45,507 nucleotides of DNA from a bacterium UBP13_UBA5359 (GTDB taxonomy: Bacteria; UBP13; UBA5359): NCBI GenBank assembly GCA_002410925.1, contig DHPR01000033.1, positions 454,397 to 499,903 on the forward strand. Direction: 5' to 3'. The position numbers and the translations under genes were made by a program. Below the pieces are notes generated by a model that saw only the letters and a list, made by a program, of their open reading frames with translations, searched no databases and was not told the DNA's origin. This document shows, in pieces, positions 9,642-18,594 of this stretch (the first letter of the stretch is position 1; the number at the start of each line of letters is the position of its first letter).

Positions 9642-10295
9642 TTACGCCAGGGTCTTGGGATAGATGCCTACAGCCTCAAGGGCCGCCTGCACGTCAGCCA
9701 GGACGGTGCCGGCATCGTAGCTGAAGGCGCCGCTGTTGGGCTCGCCGTGCACCAGGGCCACGCCGGTGGCATTGGCATCGTTGGCCACTGTTACGGCAGC
9801 CGCCAGAACGGCACAGGCAACGGCCCCACCATCAATGTCGGTCTTGTTGACGCGCTTGTAGTAGCCGCTGCCGGCCGCTACGGTGATGGTGAACGTATCA
9901 TCCACAGCGCTGGGGGTAAGCCCTGCCGTCAGGGTAAAGATCACCGGTCCGGCATAGGCAGTGCCCTCGGCTGCGTTGGGCAGCGCCAGGCCGTCAGGGT
10001 CTATCACCCTGTAAACAGCCGCGGCAACCGGATCGGCCGTGGCGGCCGTAATGCAGGTGACCGTGTAGACGCCCACCTTGCCGGCCGCACCGCGGCTGAC
10101 AGTGCCGATGGTGGCATTGCCGGTATTGGTGGCCGTACGGGCCCCGGTGGCCGCACCCTTGGTCACCTTGGCCAGAACGGCACCCTTGGCCAGGGCGCCC
10201 TCACCGGCCAGCAAGGTTACCGGCCTGTAAACCTGCGGATGCTCCCCGGCCAGAAACTTATCCGGGGTATAGCTGGTAGTAGAAGCCAAACTCAT
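9642..10295 (-). CDS. Head decoration protein (lambda gpD-like, with insertion)
   Basis: Between protease and capsid; GAVLA, DG...A.AVL and L...GI motifs. Confidence 0.85.
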   Translation of the reverse strand: MSLASTTSYTPDKFLAGEHPQVYRPVTLLAGEGALAKGAVLAKVTKGAATGARTATNTGNATIGTVSRGAAGKVGVYTVTCITAATADPVAAAVYRVIDPDGLALPNAAEGTAYAGPVIFTLTAGLTPSAVDDTFTITVAAGSGYYKRVNKTDIDGGAVACAVLAAAVTVANDANATGVALVHGEPNSGAFSYDAGTVLADVQAALEAVGIYPKTLA

Positions 10296-10352
10296 GAAAA
10301 ACACCTCTCTTTATTTATCGGTCTGATTATTCCACGTGGAATAACGCTGTTC

Positions 10353-11558
10353 TTAATCCTTCTCGTTGACGGCACTGCGCCCGGCAACCAGAGCCTTGGC
10401 ATAGCCGGCCACGCTGGCCAGGAAGCCGGAGGTCTCCGCTCCGCCTGCAACACCTGCCGACGCTTCGACGCTGCCAAGGGCAGCAGCATCCTGACGCCTG
10501 GCAGTCAGCGCATCATGGCTGCGCACGTCCTTACTGTTCAGGATCTGCAGAGCCGTATCGGCCGGGCTCTGGCCGCTCTCGATGGCCGCGGCTATGACGG
10601 CCTCCGCTCCCGGACGGGCCAGCGACTGTATCTCTTTGATGCGCAGCCTCTCCGCCTTGACGGCATCCTGGACGGGATCCCCGGCAGGAGTATCCTCCGG
10701 ATGCTCTGCTGCAGGCCCTGCAGCCGGTTCTTCCGCGGCAGCCTCAACCGGCGCTTCTTCCGCCGCAGCCGCTGTGCCTTCGGCGGCAGCCGCTTCCGGC
10801 TCCTCCTCCACAGCGGCCCCTTCATCCTGAAGGGCTGCTACCACTTCGCTGGTGGCATTGTTCTCAGGTGTCATTTCATTCACCTCCTCGCTGACGGCAA
10901 ACAATGCCGCCGGAATACTCCGTATCTTCGACAAATCAAAGCTGGTCCCGTTGACGACGAGAGACCCGCCGCCTATGCTGGCGGCCACTCTGACGGCCCC
11001 CTCAACCTCATCGGCAAAGCCCTTCTCCACCGCCTCGGCAGCCATCATCCAGGTCTCGTCGTCCATCAGGTCGGAGAGTTCATCACGGCTTAAGCCGCTG
11101 CGCGTCATATAGGCGGCTATAATGGTCTCCTTCACCTGGTCCAGCATCTCCGCCGTCTTGCGCATGTCCTCCGAGTTACCCGCCGCCATGGTCCAGGGAT
11201 TGTGGATCATCATCATGGCATTGGATGGCATGACGATCCGGTCCCCTGCCATGGCCACGATAGTGGCCGCGCTGGCCGCTATGCCGTCTATGCGAACCAC
11301 TATCTCAGCCGCATGCTGCTTCAGGATATTGAAAATGGCATGAGCCGCAAAGACATCTCCGCCATAACTGTTGATGCGCACCGTTACCCGGGAGACGTTC
11401 CCCAGGGCCTTCAGGTCGTTCATCAGCGTCTTGGGCGACACCTCATCATCCCAGTAGGCGGAATCGGCTATGTAGCCGTAGAACATGATCTCCCCTTCGG
11501 GATCCCCGCTTGCGTTCTTGACCGCCTTCACATTCCAGAATCTTTTCATATCATCCAT
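10353..11558 (-). CDS. ClpP-like head maturation protease with scaffold extension
   Basis: INSYGGDV, GIAASAA, MIHNP, ETWM.A.EAVEKGFAD; acidic Ala-rich C-terminus; start after GGAGG. Confidence 0.95.
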   Translation of the reverse strand: MDDMKRFWNVKAVKNASGDPEGEIMFYGYIADSAYWDDEVSPKTLMNDLKALGNVSRVTVRINSYGGDVFAAHAIFNILKQHAAEIVVRIDGIAASAATIVAMAGDRIVMPSNAMMMIHNPWTMAAGNSEDMRKTAEMLDQVKETIIAAYMTRSGLSRDELSDLMDDETWMMAAEAVEKGFADEVEGAVRVAASIGGGSLVVNGTSFDLSKIRSIPAALFAVSEEVNEMTPENNATSEVVAALQDEGAAVEEEPEAAAAEGTAAAAEEAPVEAAAEEPAAGPAAEHPEDTPAGDPVQDAVKAERLRIKEIQSLARPGAEAVIAAAIESGQSPADTALQILNSKDVRSHDALTARRQDAAALGSVEASAGVAGGAETSGFLASVAGYAKALVAGRSAVNEKD

Positions 11559-13125
11559 TACCTGCACCTCCCGCAGCCGGCGTTCTTGCCGACAGATCGT
11601 TCGTGCGCCGCTCCTCAGCAAAGCGCCTGTCCATATTGCTGTCCCAGTCCATGCCGGTAAGCTCGGCCGTCTCACGCTCCCTGGTGGAAAAGCCTTCCTC
11701 AACCCTTACCTTGGCCGCCGTAACTTCCTTCACCGGGTCCACCTGGCCGGCGCTCGGCCCATGCCAGTCGGCCCTCTGCCAGGCCGCCCGGATAACAGGA
11801 TCGTCAAAGTATCCGGGGGCATCGATGCGACCCATCAGTATGGCATCGGTCAGCCACTCGCAGTAGACAGGGTTGGCAAAATCATCGGCCGTCCAACGGC
11901 GCCACATCCGAAAGTAAGCCCACGCCTGCAGCAGGGCCGCCCGGCTGGCGGAATAGCTGGAATTGTAGCTGTTTACCATCACCTCATAGGGTATGTTCAA
12001 GGCCGCGCCGATGCTCTGCAGCACCGCCCGCACGAAGCCCTCAAAGGCCGTGTTGGGCCTGCCGGGATTGGCGACGCTTATATCCTCGTTCTCTCCAAGG
12101 CCAATAACCGCCCCGCCGCCCAGCTCATAGGTGTTGGGGTTGTCCTCGTCTACCTGGTGCTCTATGGGGACCGTCTCGCCCAATGGGTTGTCCGGAGTAG
12201 TAGACTTAACAAAGACGGTAAACATGCCGGCGACTACCGCGGCCAGCAGCTCCGCCTCGTTGTAGCGGTCCAGCTGCTTTAGCATCTCCACCACCGGGGC
12301 CAGGAAGGGCACGCCGTGATACTGCTCGGCCCGCTCATGCACCACCAGGTGCAGGATATTGCGCCGGCCGGTATCACCGATAGGAGCAATCCTTGCCCAT
12401 ACGTTACGGCTCTTGCCGATTGGCGCCATGCTGGCCGGGTGCCACCTGGCCACATGATAGGCCAGCACCTGCCCGTCATCCCCTATCTCGATACCACGGT
12501 CAAGGATACGGCCATTGAAAGTTGCGCCACCCAGAGCCAGATTCTGAACTCCTGCCGTATTGGGATCGCATACCCTGTCTGCCTCCAGCAGCCGCACCTT
12601 CATGGGATACAGCTCCCCGGGCCGGTCGATATACGGCAGCAGGGCGAATGCCTCACCGTTTTGCAGCCAGGACAACAGCGCCACCTGCTGCAGCTCGGCA
12701 AAGGTATTCAACCCTGCGGCATCGCAACTGGTCGTTCCCGCCCATAGCGCCCATTCCCTGTTGACCCGCCGTGTCCAGTCCGATACCGTCTTGCGGTCCA
12801 GCCCCAGCAGATCGGCGTCAGGGTTTGGCCGCAGCACCAGACCGGTGCCGATGGCGTTGATCATAATGCGGCTGATCGGCGCCCGACCAAGGGGCGCGTT
12901 CATGTAGAGGTCGCGACACCGCTGGCGCAGGGTATAGAGATTATCGCTTATATCTTCCCTGGCGCTGCCGCTGGAGGACCTCCACCCCTTGCTCCATTGC
13001 TTGCTGGTATTGGCCCCGCCTCCGGAGTAGCCGGAGTTGAGGATCTGAATCCTCCTGCGGTCCACCAGCCGCCGAAAGCCGGCCTTGGGAGACATGGCCG
13101 ATATGGCTCTGTCAATCACATTCAT
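11551..13125 (-). CDS. Portal protein (lambda family)
   Basis: LR.R.RDL..N, LEADR, Q..GVP.LAP, SYSASRAAL, VDPVKE motifs. Confidence 0.95.
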   Translation of the reverse strand: MNVIDRAISAMSPKAGFRRLVDRRRIQILNSGYSGGGANTSKQWSKGWRSSSGSAREDISDNLYTLRQRCRDLYMNAPLGRAPISRIMINAIGTGLVLRPNPDADLLGLDRKTVSDWTRRVNREWALWAGTTSCDAAGLNTFAELQQVALLSWLQNGEAFALLPYIDRPGELYPMKVRLLEADRVCDPNTAGVQNLALGGATFNGRILDRGIEIGDDGQVLAYHVARWHPASMAPIGKSRNVWARIAPIGDTGRRNILHLVVHERAEQYHGVPFLAPVVEMLKQLDRYNEAELLAAVVAGMFTVFVKSTTPDNPLGETVPIEHQVDEDNPNTYELGGGAVIGLGENEDISVANPGRPNTAFEGFVRAVLQSIGAALNIPYEVMVNSYNSSYSASRAALLQAWAYFRMWRRWTADDFANPVYCEWLTDAILMGRIDAPGYFDDPVIRAAWQRADWHGPSAGQVDPVKEVTAAKVRVEEGFSTRERETAELTGMDWDSNMDRRFAEERRTNDLSARTPAAGGAGNG

Positions 13126-13367
13126 TACAGATCCCTCGGAATGACGCGCATCACTCTGGCGCCACGTCTGTTGATGCCGGAAGCCGCAGCCGCCAGCTCC
13201 TCCACGCGACGCTCCCAATAGGCGATCATATTCCTGATCTCGGTAGCGTTCTCGCGAGTAAGCTGCCTGGTGCCGATGCGGTAGCTGTTGCCGCTGGCCG
13301 CTGCCTCGCTGGCCGCTATCCAGGCATCGAGGTTTCTCTGTGCTATATCAAGAGTAACTCCGCTCAC
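13125..13367 (-). CDS. Head completion protein (gpW-like)
   Basis: 80 aa, SYRIGTRQLTR; between terL and portal. Confidence 0.85.
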   Translation of the reverse strand: MSGVTLDIAQRNLDAWIAASEAAASGNSYRIGTRQLTRENATEIRNMIAYWERRVEELAAAASGINRRGARVMRVIPRDL

Positions 13368-15241
13368 ACCTTCACCCCTTTACTCAGCACCCGGCGGCGC
13401 TTCGGTGCATCCGGCGTCTGTCCGCCGTTCGTCCCGGCCGCCATCCGGGTATTGGCCGCCGCCCGCTTCATCCAGTCAGGCCCCAGTATCTTCAGCGCCG
13501 CCAGCGAATACACCCGGCAATCAAGCGCCTCGTTCCTGGCATGGCTGGTTTTTTTCAGCCACACATGATAAAGCTGGCCCCCGCGCTTGCGCTCGACGCG
13601 CTTCTCGGAGGTCAGCCCCTTGAAGTAATCCGTGCCATAGCCCCGCATCCTGCCGTCAGCCATCTCCGTATCCCGGGGCCAATGGCAGTAAAGCGGCCCT
13701 TCATGCTCCGTCGACAGGCAGGATAACAGGGCATCCTTCGCTTGGTCAGCCCCCACCGGGAAGACAGGAACGTTCCGGGCCTTACCCTGGCGCCTGGCGG
13801 CATCCACTATGGGGTGCCCCGGACCGCCCATGCCCTTGATGGCAAATATATACCGCGGCGTCCTTGGCCGCGTAAAAGCGTAAACCTCGCTGGTGGCAAA
13901 GCCTGAGTCCACCGCCGTGCAGGAGATCGGCAGCACCCTGCCGTCCTCGCGCTTGAAAGTGCCGGACAGGAACTCATCCAGGCTGCGCCACACCGCCGCC
14001 CTGTAAGGATCCCCATGCAGCACCGCATACATAATGCCCCAGCTCTGTGTGCCCTCTCCCCAGCCGACCACCTCAACTTCAAGGCGATCAGCCTGCACAT
14101 CAACACCGGCCGTCAGCAGCAGGACATCGGCAGGAACGTCGGCATCGTAGTAATGGCGCCGCTGCTCCAGGACCTCCTCGCCCAGCTCCTCGCCTTCCTC
14201 TTTCCAGACCTCGGCAAGGCGGGTGTTTATAAAGACCTTCAGGTTCTCAGGATCACCCTGAGCATCCTTCCACTCCTTAATGAGCGTCTCCCAGGGGATC
14301 CAGGGCGATGCCATAGCGTTCAGGTGATAGCCTTTTACATCGGCGACATCGGCCTCCGCAACCCAGCGGCCTTCCCTGGCCTTCCACGCCAGTTCACTGT
14401 GCAGCGTGCCGCAGGCCTCGCAGGCCATTGACACCGTCTCAAAATCCAGCCGGCCCCACTCGTAAGTGTTCAGCTCACCGCATGACGGGCAGGGCACCAT
14501 CCAGCGTTCCTTCGACGAGCGCTCATACTCTGCCGCCACAGTGCTGGTATCGTCCGTAGGCGTTGAGGTCAGCACCGTTTTTCTGTTCCAGAAGTTGCTC
14601 TGGCGCTTCTCCGCCAGTCCCAGCGGAGATCCTTCCTTGCCGGCCGTCTCCGGGTATCTGTCTATCTCATCGGCCAGCAGTGCCCTGGCCGGCCTCGCCG
14701 CCAGACCTACAGGAGAATTTGCCCCCACCATAACGACAAATCCTCCGGGGAAGTATTTCCGGAGGATTGTATTCTCGCTATCCTTGGCCTTTGCCGGCGG
14801 CATGATCTCCGCCAGCACCGGCACATCCCGCAGCATGGGATCCAAACGTTCCTTGCTATAGTCCCTGGCAAGCTGATCCGTCGGCTCCAGCACGATAATC
14901 GTCGAAGGGTCGTTATGGACCACATAGCCGATGATGTTCAAGATCATCTCCGTCTTGCCCACCTGGGCTGAGAACATCAGGACAATCTTCCGCACCAGCG
15001 GGTCCGTATAAGCATCCATCGGCTCCCGAAGGTATGGCGTCCTGTCCGTACTCCACGGCCCGGGCTCGACGGACGTATCCGGCAGGATCCTGTAGCGGTC
15101 CGCCCATTCCGATACCGTCAGCATCGGCGGCGGCGCCACCATGGCTGCCAGAGTATGGACCAGCTCCCGTGTATTCTCCGGGGCAGGCCCCTTATTTACC
15201 GATCCGCTGTCTGCGGGCAGATTTGATTTTCGCTCCATCAT
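13364..15241 (-). CDS. Terminase large subunit (lambda GpA family)
   Basis: SAQVGKTE Walker A, DEIDRYP, STPT, CP.CG, GVDVQ, NEALDC. Confidence 0.97.
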   Translation of the reverse strand: MMERKSNLPADSGSVNKGPAPENTRELVHTLAAMVAPPPMLTVSEWADRYRILPDTSVEPGPWSTDRTPYLREPMDAYTDPLVRKIVLMFSAQVGKTEMILNIIGYVVHNDPSTIIVLEPTDQLARDYSKERLDPMLRDVPVLAEIMPPAKAKDSENTILRKYFPGGFVVMVGANSPVGLAARPARALLADEIDRYPETAGKEGSPLGLAEKRQSNFWNRKTVLTSTPTDDTSTVAAEYERSSKERWMVPCPSCGELNTYEWGRLDFETVSMACEACGTLHSELAWKAREGRWVAEADVADVKGYHLNAMASPWIPWETLIKEWKDAQGDPENLKVFINTRLAEVWKEEGEELGEEVLEQRRHYYDADVPADVLLLTAGVDVQADRLEVEVVGWGEGTQSWGIMYAVLHGDPYRAAVWRSLDEFLSGTFKREDGRVLPISCTAVDSGFATSEVYAFTRPRTPRYIFAIKGMGGPGHPIVDAARRQGKARNVPVFPVGADQAKDALLSCLSTEHEGPLYCHWPRDTEMADGRMRGYGTDYFKGLTSEKRVERKRGGQLYHVWLKKTSHARNEALDCRVYSLAALKILGPDWMKRAAANTRMAAGTNGGQTPDAPKRRRVLSKGVKV

Positions 15242-16022
15242 ACTTGGCCATCTCCGCCAGGGCCGCCGTCGTCTCCCCCTCGATCATCTTCAGGATATCC
15301 CCCGGCTTATCGTAGCCGGTCATATCAGCCAGGCGTTTCGCCAGCTTGGTTCCCACCGCCAGAATGCGGTTACGGAAAGCGATCTGCATATCCCCCAAGG
15401 CCCGGATGATATCCTCCCGGTGGTGCAGCTCCCCTTCACGCTCCAGCCGTTCCAGTTCCGCCAGCTTGGCCTTCTCCTTCTTCTCCAGCGCCTGATACTT
15501 GGAAAAGAGCATCGGCCAGGGCAACGCCATATCCGCTTCGGTAAACTCGGCGCAGATGTTGTCCTTGCCGGCTAACATCTGCTTCAGCCGCAGGGCCGTT
15601 TCCTCGTCAGTCAGATCCTCAGGCCGTTCCCCCGGCAACTCGCCCAGGCGGTTGTTATTATGGGCCGTCCTGGTCATTAAAAAAGCGTCCCGGGCCTCCG
15701 GCCAACGCACCTTATTCTGCGTCACACCGATGCGTCCAGAATCGATCGCCCTGCGAACCGCAGTTTCACTGATATCCATACGCTTGGCAAACTCGCGACG
15801 GCTGATCAATTCAGGCGTTTCGGAGATTTCCGGCAGGCCGCTTTTTTCTCCAGGTGCGAACTGCGAACCAGAAAAACTTTCCACGCCTGCAGAGATTTTG
15901 CGCCTCGCCGCACCCGCCCGCCGGCTTGCCCCGGAAGGACCCGCGGCCTCTGCCTCACTCCCTGGCCGTTTCAGCCCCCGCTTCTGTATCTCCCGATCCA
16001 GTTGTTCCTTCAGGTCCGCCAT
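15192..16022 (-). CDS. Terminase small subunit (Nu1-like wHTH); true start uncertain
   Basis: ISRREFAKRMDISETAVRRAI..GRI HTH, coiled coil AKLAELE...GEL; overlaps terL start. Confidence 0.8.
   Translation of the reverse strand: MADLKEQLDREIQKRGLKRPGSEAEAAGPSGASRRAGAARRKISAGVESFSGSQFAPGEKSGLPEISETPELISRREFAKRMDISETAVRRAIDSGRIGVTQNKVRWPEARDAFLMTRTAHNNNRLGELPGERPEDLTDEETALRLKQMLAGKDNICAEFTEADMALPWPMLFSKYQALEKKEKAKLAELERLEREGELHHREDIIRALGDMQIAFRNRILAVGTKLAKRLADMTGYDKPGDILKMIEGETTAALAEMAKYDGAKIKSARRQRIGK
15900..15942 (-). other. Candidate cos site (cosQ-like GGGTCCT plus cosN-like GTGCGGCGAGGC)
   Basis: Minus strand GGGTCCTTCCGG...GGGTGCGGCGAGGCGC mirrors the lambda cosQ/cosN arrangement just upstream of the TerS HTH. 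Confidence 0.65.
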
Positions 16023-16284
16023 CTACCACATCCAACATCTCCCGCATGGACAGCAATTCATCGTTAGTAAAAGAGGACAGGTCTTCCCCGTCCTCATCGT
16101 TCTCTCCTGGGTTTATATCGGAGAGATAGTGCCATAGTATTTTAAGAGCCGTCGCATTGCCTTTCATTGCCAGCAGGATAGTCGCTTGAACTACAAGTTC
16201 GCCCCAGGTGCGTCCTTCCCGGTCCTTGGGGCTGGCCTTGCCTATCTCATTACGAAGCAGGTCCGCAAGGGACGTCACTCTCAA
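15955..16284 (-). CDS. Small helical protein resembling DUF5681-type terminase small subunit C-terminal part
   Basis: A.KGN..A.K.L and DLSSFTNDEL motifs; TTG start. Confidence 0.5.
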   Translation of the reverse strand: MRVTSLADLLRNEIGKASPKDREGRTWGELVVQATILLAMKGNATALKILWHYLSDINPGENDEDGEDLSSFTNDELLSMREMLDVVDGGPEGTTGSGDTEAGAETARE

Positions 16285-17581
16285 TCACTGCTTTCTTCCC
16301 TGTAAACTGCTCCCAACGTTTTACTATGGCATCGCAATACTTTGGATCAAGCTCTATCGTATAGCAGGATCTTCCCATCTGCTCACAGGCCATGAGTGTG
16401 CTGCCGGATCCGCCAAAGGCATCCAGGACGATGTCGCCCTTCTCGGAATTCTTGCGCAGCGCCCGTTCCGCCAGGCGGACCGGTTTCTGCGTCGGATGAA
16501 TATACTGCGCGGTGTTATCTCGATGCTGATACCAGACGTCGAACAGCTCTTCGAACTGCTCCACAAACGAGGGATAATCCAGGTTGAAGACGTCCTTCAG
16601 ATTGCGTATCGTCGATGAACGGTAGTGCTTATGTCCATCTTTCCAGCCGACCATGCATGGCTCATACATGCGATGGTAATCCTGACCACGGCTGAAGATC
16701 ATATTCTCCTTCAGCCAGATGATAATCTGACTCATATACCAGCGGCTATTCTCCCACGCCTGCCGGTTTAAACTGTTATTCTTGTTGGCAAACCACCAGT
16801 AGATAGTTACATCGTCCGTGCTGTGCTCATACATATTCCATAGCACCCGGCTATAGAACTGCAGGCAGTCATCGTCAGATAGATTGTCGTTGAATATCTG
16901 GCCGCCTGTGCCGCCGTATTTCTCGGAATCGTAATCCAGACCGGCCGGACTACGGTAGTTCACGTTATACGGTGGATCGGTGAAGATCAGCCTGGCCAGT
17001 TGCCCCTGCATCAACCTGGCGTAATCCTCCGGATCTGTAGCATCTCCACAAAGCAACAGATGCTTGCCCAGGATATATAGATCACCAGGCTTCGTTACTG
17101 GCTCCTCGATGGCGGCAACCTCCGCATCGGCATCAAAGCCATCCTCCTGGACCTCCGGCTCATTCCGCATGCCCAGAAGCTCCTCGATCTCACCTTCGGT
17201 ATATCCGGCAATGCCAAGGTCCAGCCCACCGGACTGAAGCTCCTCCAGAACGTCAATCAAGCTACCGCGATCATCCTGCCCCTGCAGCTTGTTAGCGGCC
17301 AGCAGCCGTGCCAGGTGGGTCTCCTCATCGTAATCCACCACAGAAACGTCTGCTTCCTCATATCCTAGATCCAACAACACCTTTACCCGTAAGTGACCAG
17401 ATACCAGTAAGCCGTTCCGGCGGTTCCAGACGATAGGGTCAAAGTAGTCATGCTCGAGCGATAATGCCAGGGATTGCCACTCCGATGTTCCCGGATCCGG
17501 ATGCCGACGAGGGTTCCGTGGGTGCGCTTCTAACTCAGAGAGTCGCTTGCGCTCAATACAAATTGTTGCTGTCTTTGACAT
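16250..17581 (-). CDS. DNA N4/N6 methyltransferase with ParB-like N-terminus
   Basis: NPR...GH.R ParB-like domain; TDPPY, HPTQKP, DAFGGSGST. Confidence 0.95.
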   Translation of the reverse strand: MSKTATICIERKRLSELEAHPRNPRRHPDPGTSEWQSLALSLEHDYFDPIVWNRRNGLLVSGHLRVKVLLDLGYEEADVSVVDYDEETHLARLLAANKLQGQDDRGSLIDVLEELQSGGLDLGIAGYTEGEIEELLGMRNEPEVQEDGFDADAEVAAIEEPVTKPGDLYILGKHLLLCGDATDPEDYARLMQGQLARLIFTDPPYNVNYRSPAGLDYDSEKYGGTGGQIFNDNLSDDDCLQFYSRVLWNMYEHSTDDVTIYWWFANKNNSLNRQAWENSRWYMSQIIIWLKENMIFSRGQDYHRMYEPCMVGWKDGHKHYRSSTIRNLKDVFNLDYPSFVEQFEELFDVWYQHRDNTAQYIHPTQKPVRLAERALRKNSEKGDIVLDAFGGSGSTLMACEQMGRSCYTIELDPKYCDAIVKRWEQFTGKKAVIESDVPCGPAS

Positions 17582-17808
17582 ACGATCATCTCCAAAACAA
17601 GCCTACCAATCTGGCCGTTATGCACCTTTGCATGGCATTCAAAACATAAGTTTATGAGATTATCCTCTACATCACTCCCACGAGCTCCTCGGCTACGGAT
17701 ATGATGGACATGAAACGTCGTATTCACCCTCTGGCAGTGTTCACAGTAGTTACGCCGAGCAGCCTCTATGTTCTTTCTACTGCGATATGTTTTAGGTTTA
17801 GGTATCAT
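17530..17808 (-). CDS. HNH endonuclease (packaging-associated)
   Basis: CEHC...HHI..RG..G....NL..LC..CH..VH. Confidence 0.9.
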   Translation of the reverse strand: MIPKPKTYRSRKNIEAARRNYCEHCQRVNTTFHVHHIRSRGARGSDVEDNLINLCFECHAKVHNGQIGRLVLEMIVCQRQQQFVLSASDSLS

Positions 17809-17817
17809 TCATCCAAC

Positions 17818-17851
17818 CAAAACAAAACCGCCCGAGGTTTCCCCGGACGGC
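17818..17851 (-). terminator. Rho-independent terminator-like hairpin at the early/late boundary
   Basis: GCCGTCCGGGG-AAA-CCTCGGGCGGT followed by TTTGTTTT. Confidence 0.6.
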
Positions 17852-17909
17852 TTCAGACACTTCTTGTTTTAATTTTACGCTTGTCAAGTATTAACTTGTT
17901 TTCAAAATA

Positions 17910-18158
17910 TCACTTACCCTTAGGCTTGTCAAGCATTCGCCTGGCAGCTTCAAAGAATTCTTCTCTCCGACGCTGTAACCGTCGCAGTCTTGAGATATCA
18001 GTTGCTATTGCCCGTTGATTATCCAAATACTCTTCCCACTCTTTCCCGGTAGGCTGCTTATCGTCTCCCTTTAACGGGATGGGACATATAGCAGTGCCCT
18101 TACATCGAGCCCTATCATACCCACCACATCCGGAACAGTTGTCGCATGCCTTCCTCAC
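17910..18158 (-). CDS. Small Cys-rich hypothetical protein
   Basis: GTG start after GGAGG; CDNCSGC...C....C; basic C-terminal helix. Confidence 0.6.
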   Translation of the reverse strand: MRKACDNCSGCGGYDRARCKGTAICPIPLKGDDKQPTGKEWEEYLDNQRAIATDISRLRRLQRRREEFFEAARRMLDKPKGK

Positions 18159-18162
18159 AAAC

Positions 18163-18369
18163 CTACCTCCAACGCAATAATCCCCATATAGCCAAGAGCA
18201 GATATACTGCAAACAAAACAGCCTGAGCATAGAGCCCACGGCCGAAATCAATGATGCACCATATAGCATTTGTTACCAGCCAGATAACAAAGCAGATCCT
18301 CTTCTGGTAGATATTTAAAACAACTCCTGCGATCGATAAGCCGGTTACTGCCCAATGCCAGTTATCCAT
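18163..18369 (-). CDS. Half-size PnuC-like (nicotinamide riboside transporter-like) membrane protein
   Basis: 68 aa, three hydrophobic helices, W...N and Y....WG...W motifs. Confidence 0.7.
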   Translation of the reverse strand: MDNWHWAVTGLSIAGVVLNIYQKRICFVIWLVTNAIWCIIDFGRGLYAQAVLFAVYLLLAIWGLLRWR

Positions 18370-18372
18370 ACT

Positions 18373-18594
18373 TTACTCCTCTATCAAAGGGCAAAATTCG
18401 CACTTGTCGTGACCGGGCAATATATCGTCCGGGTTATATCCTAAGCCCTGGCAGATTTTAGAAGACACGCCAGAGCCATGAGCAAAGATATCTTTTACCG
18501 CAGACCAGCGCAACTGATCTTTGCCAGTTGTCACCGGATGCTTTACGACATGCTCAACGAGGTCACGGCAATCGAAACTCTCAATACCGTCTAT
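18373..18594 (-). CDS. Hypothetical protein, possible ATA start (not in ORF track)
   Basis: Open frame exactly fills the gap: IDGIESFDCRDLVEHVVKHPVTTGKDQLRWSAVKDIFAHGSGVSSKICQGLGYNPDD... Confidence 0.45.
   Translation of the reverse strand: MDGIESFDCRDLVEHVVKHPVTTGKDQLRWSAVKDIFAHGSGVSSKICQGLGYNPDDILPGHDKCEFCPLIEE

Noticed and set aside
4943-15575. Long plus-strand ORFs (e.g. 4943-6493, 8513-9724, 9747-11093, 11485-12282)
   Set aside because: Antisense shadows of GC-rich phage structural genes; no motifs or RBS.
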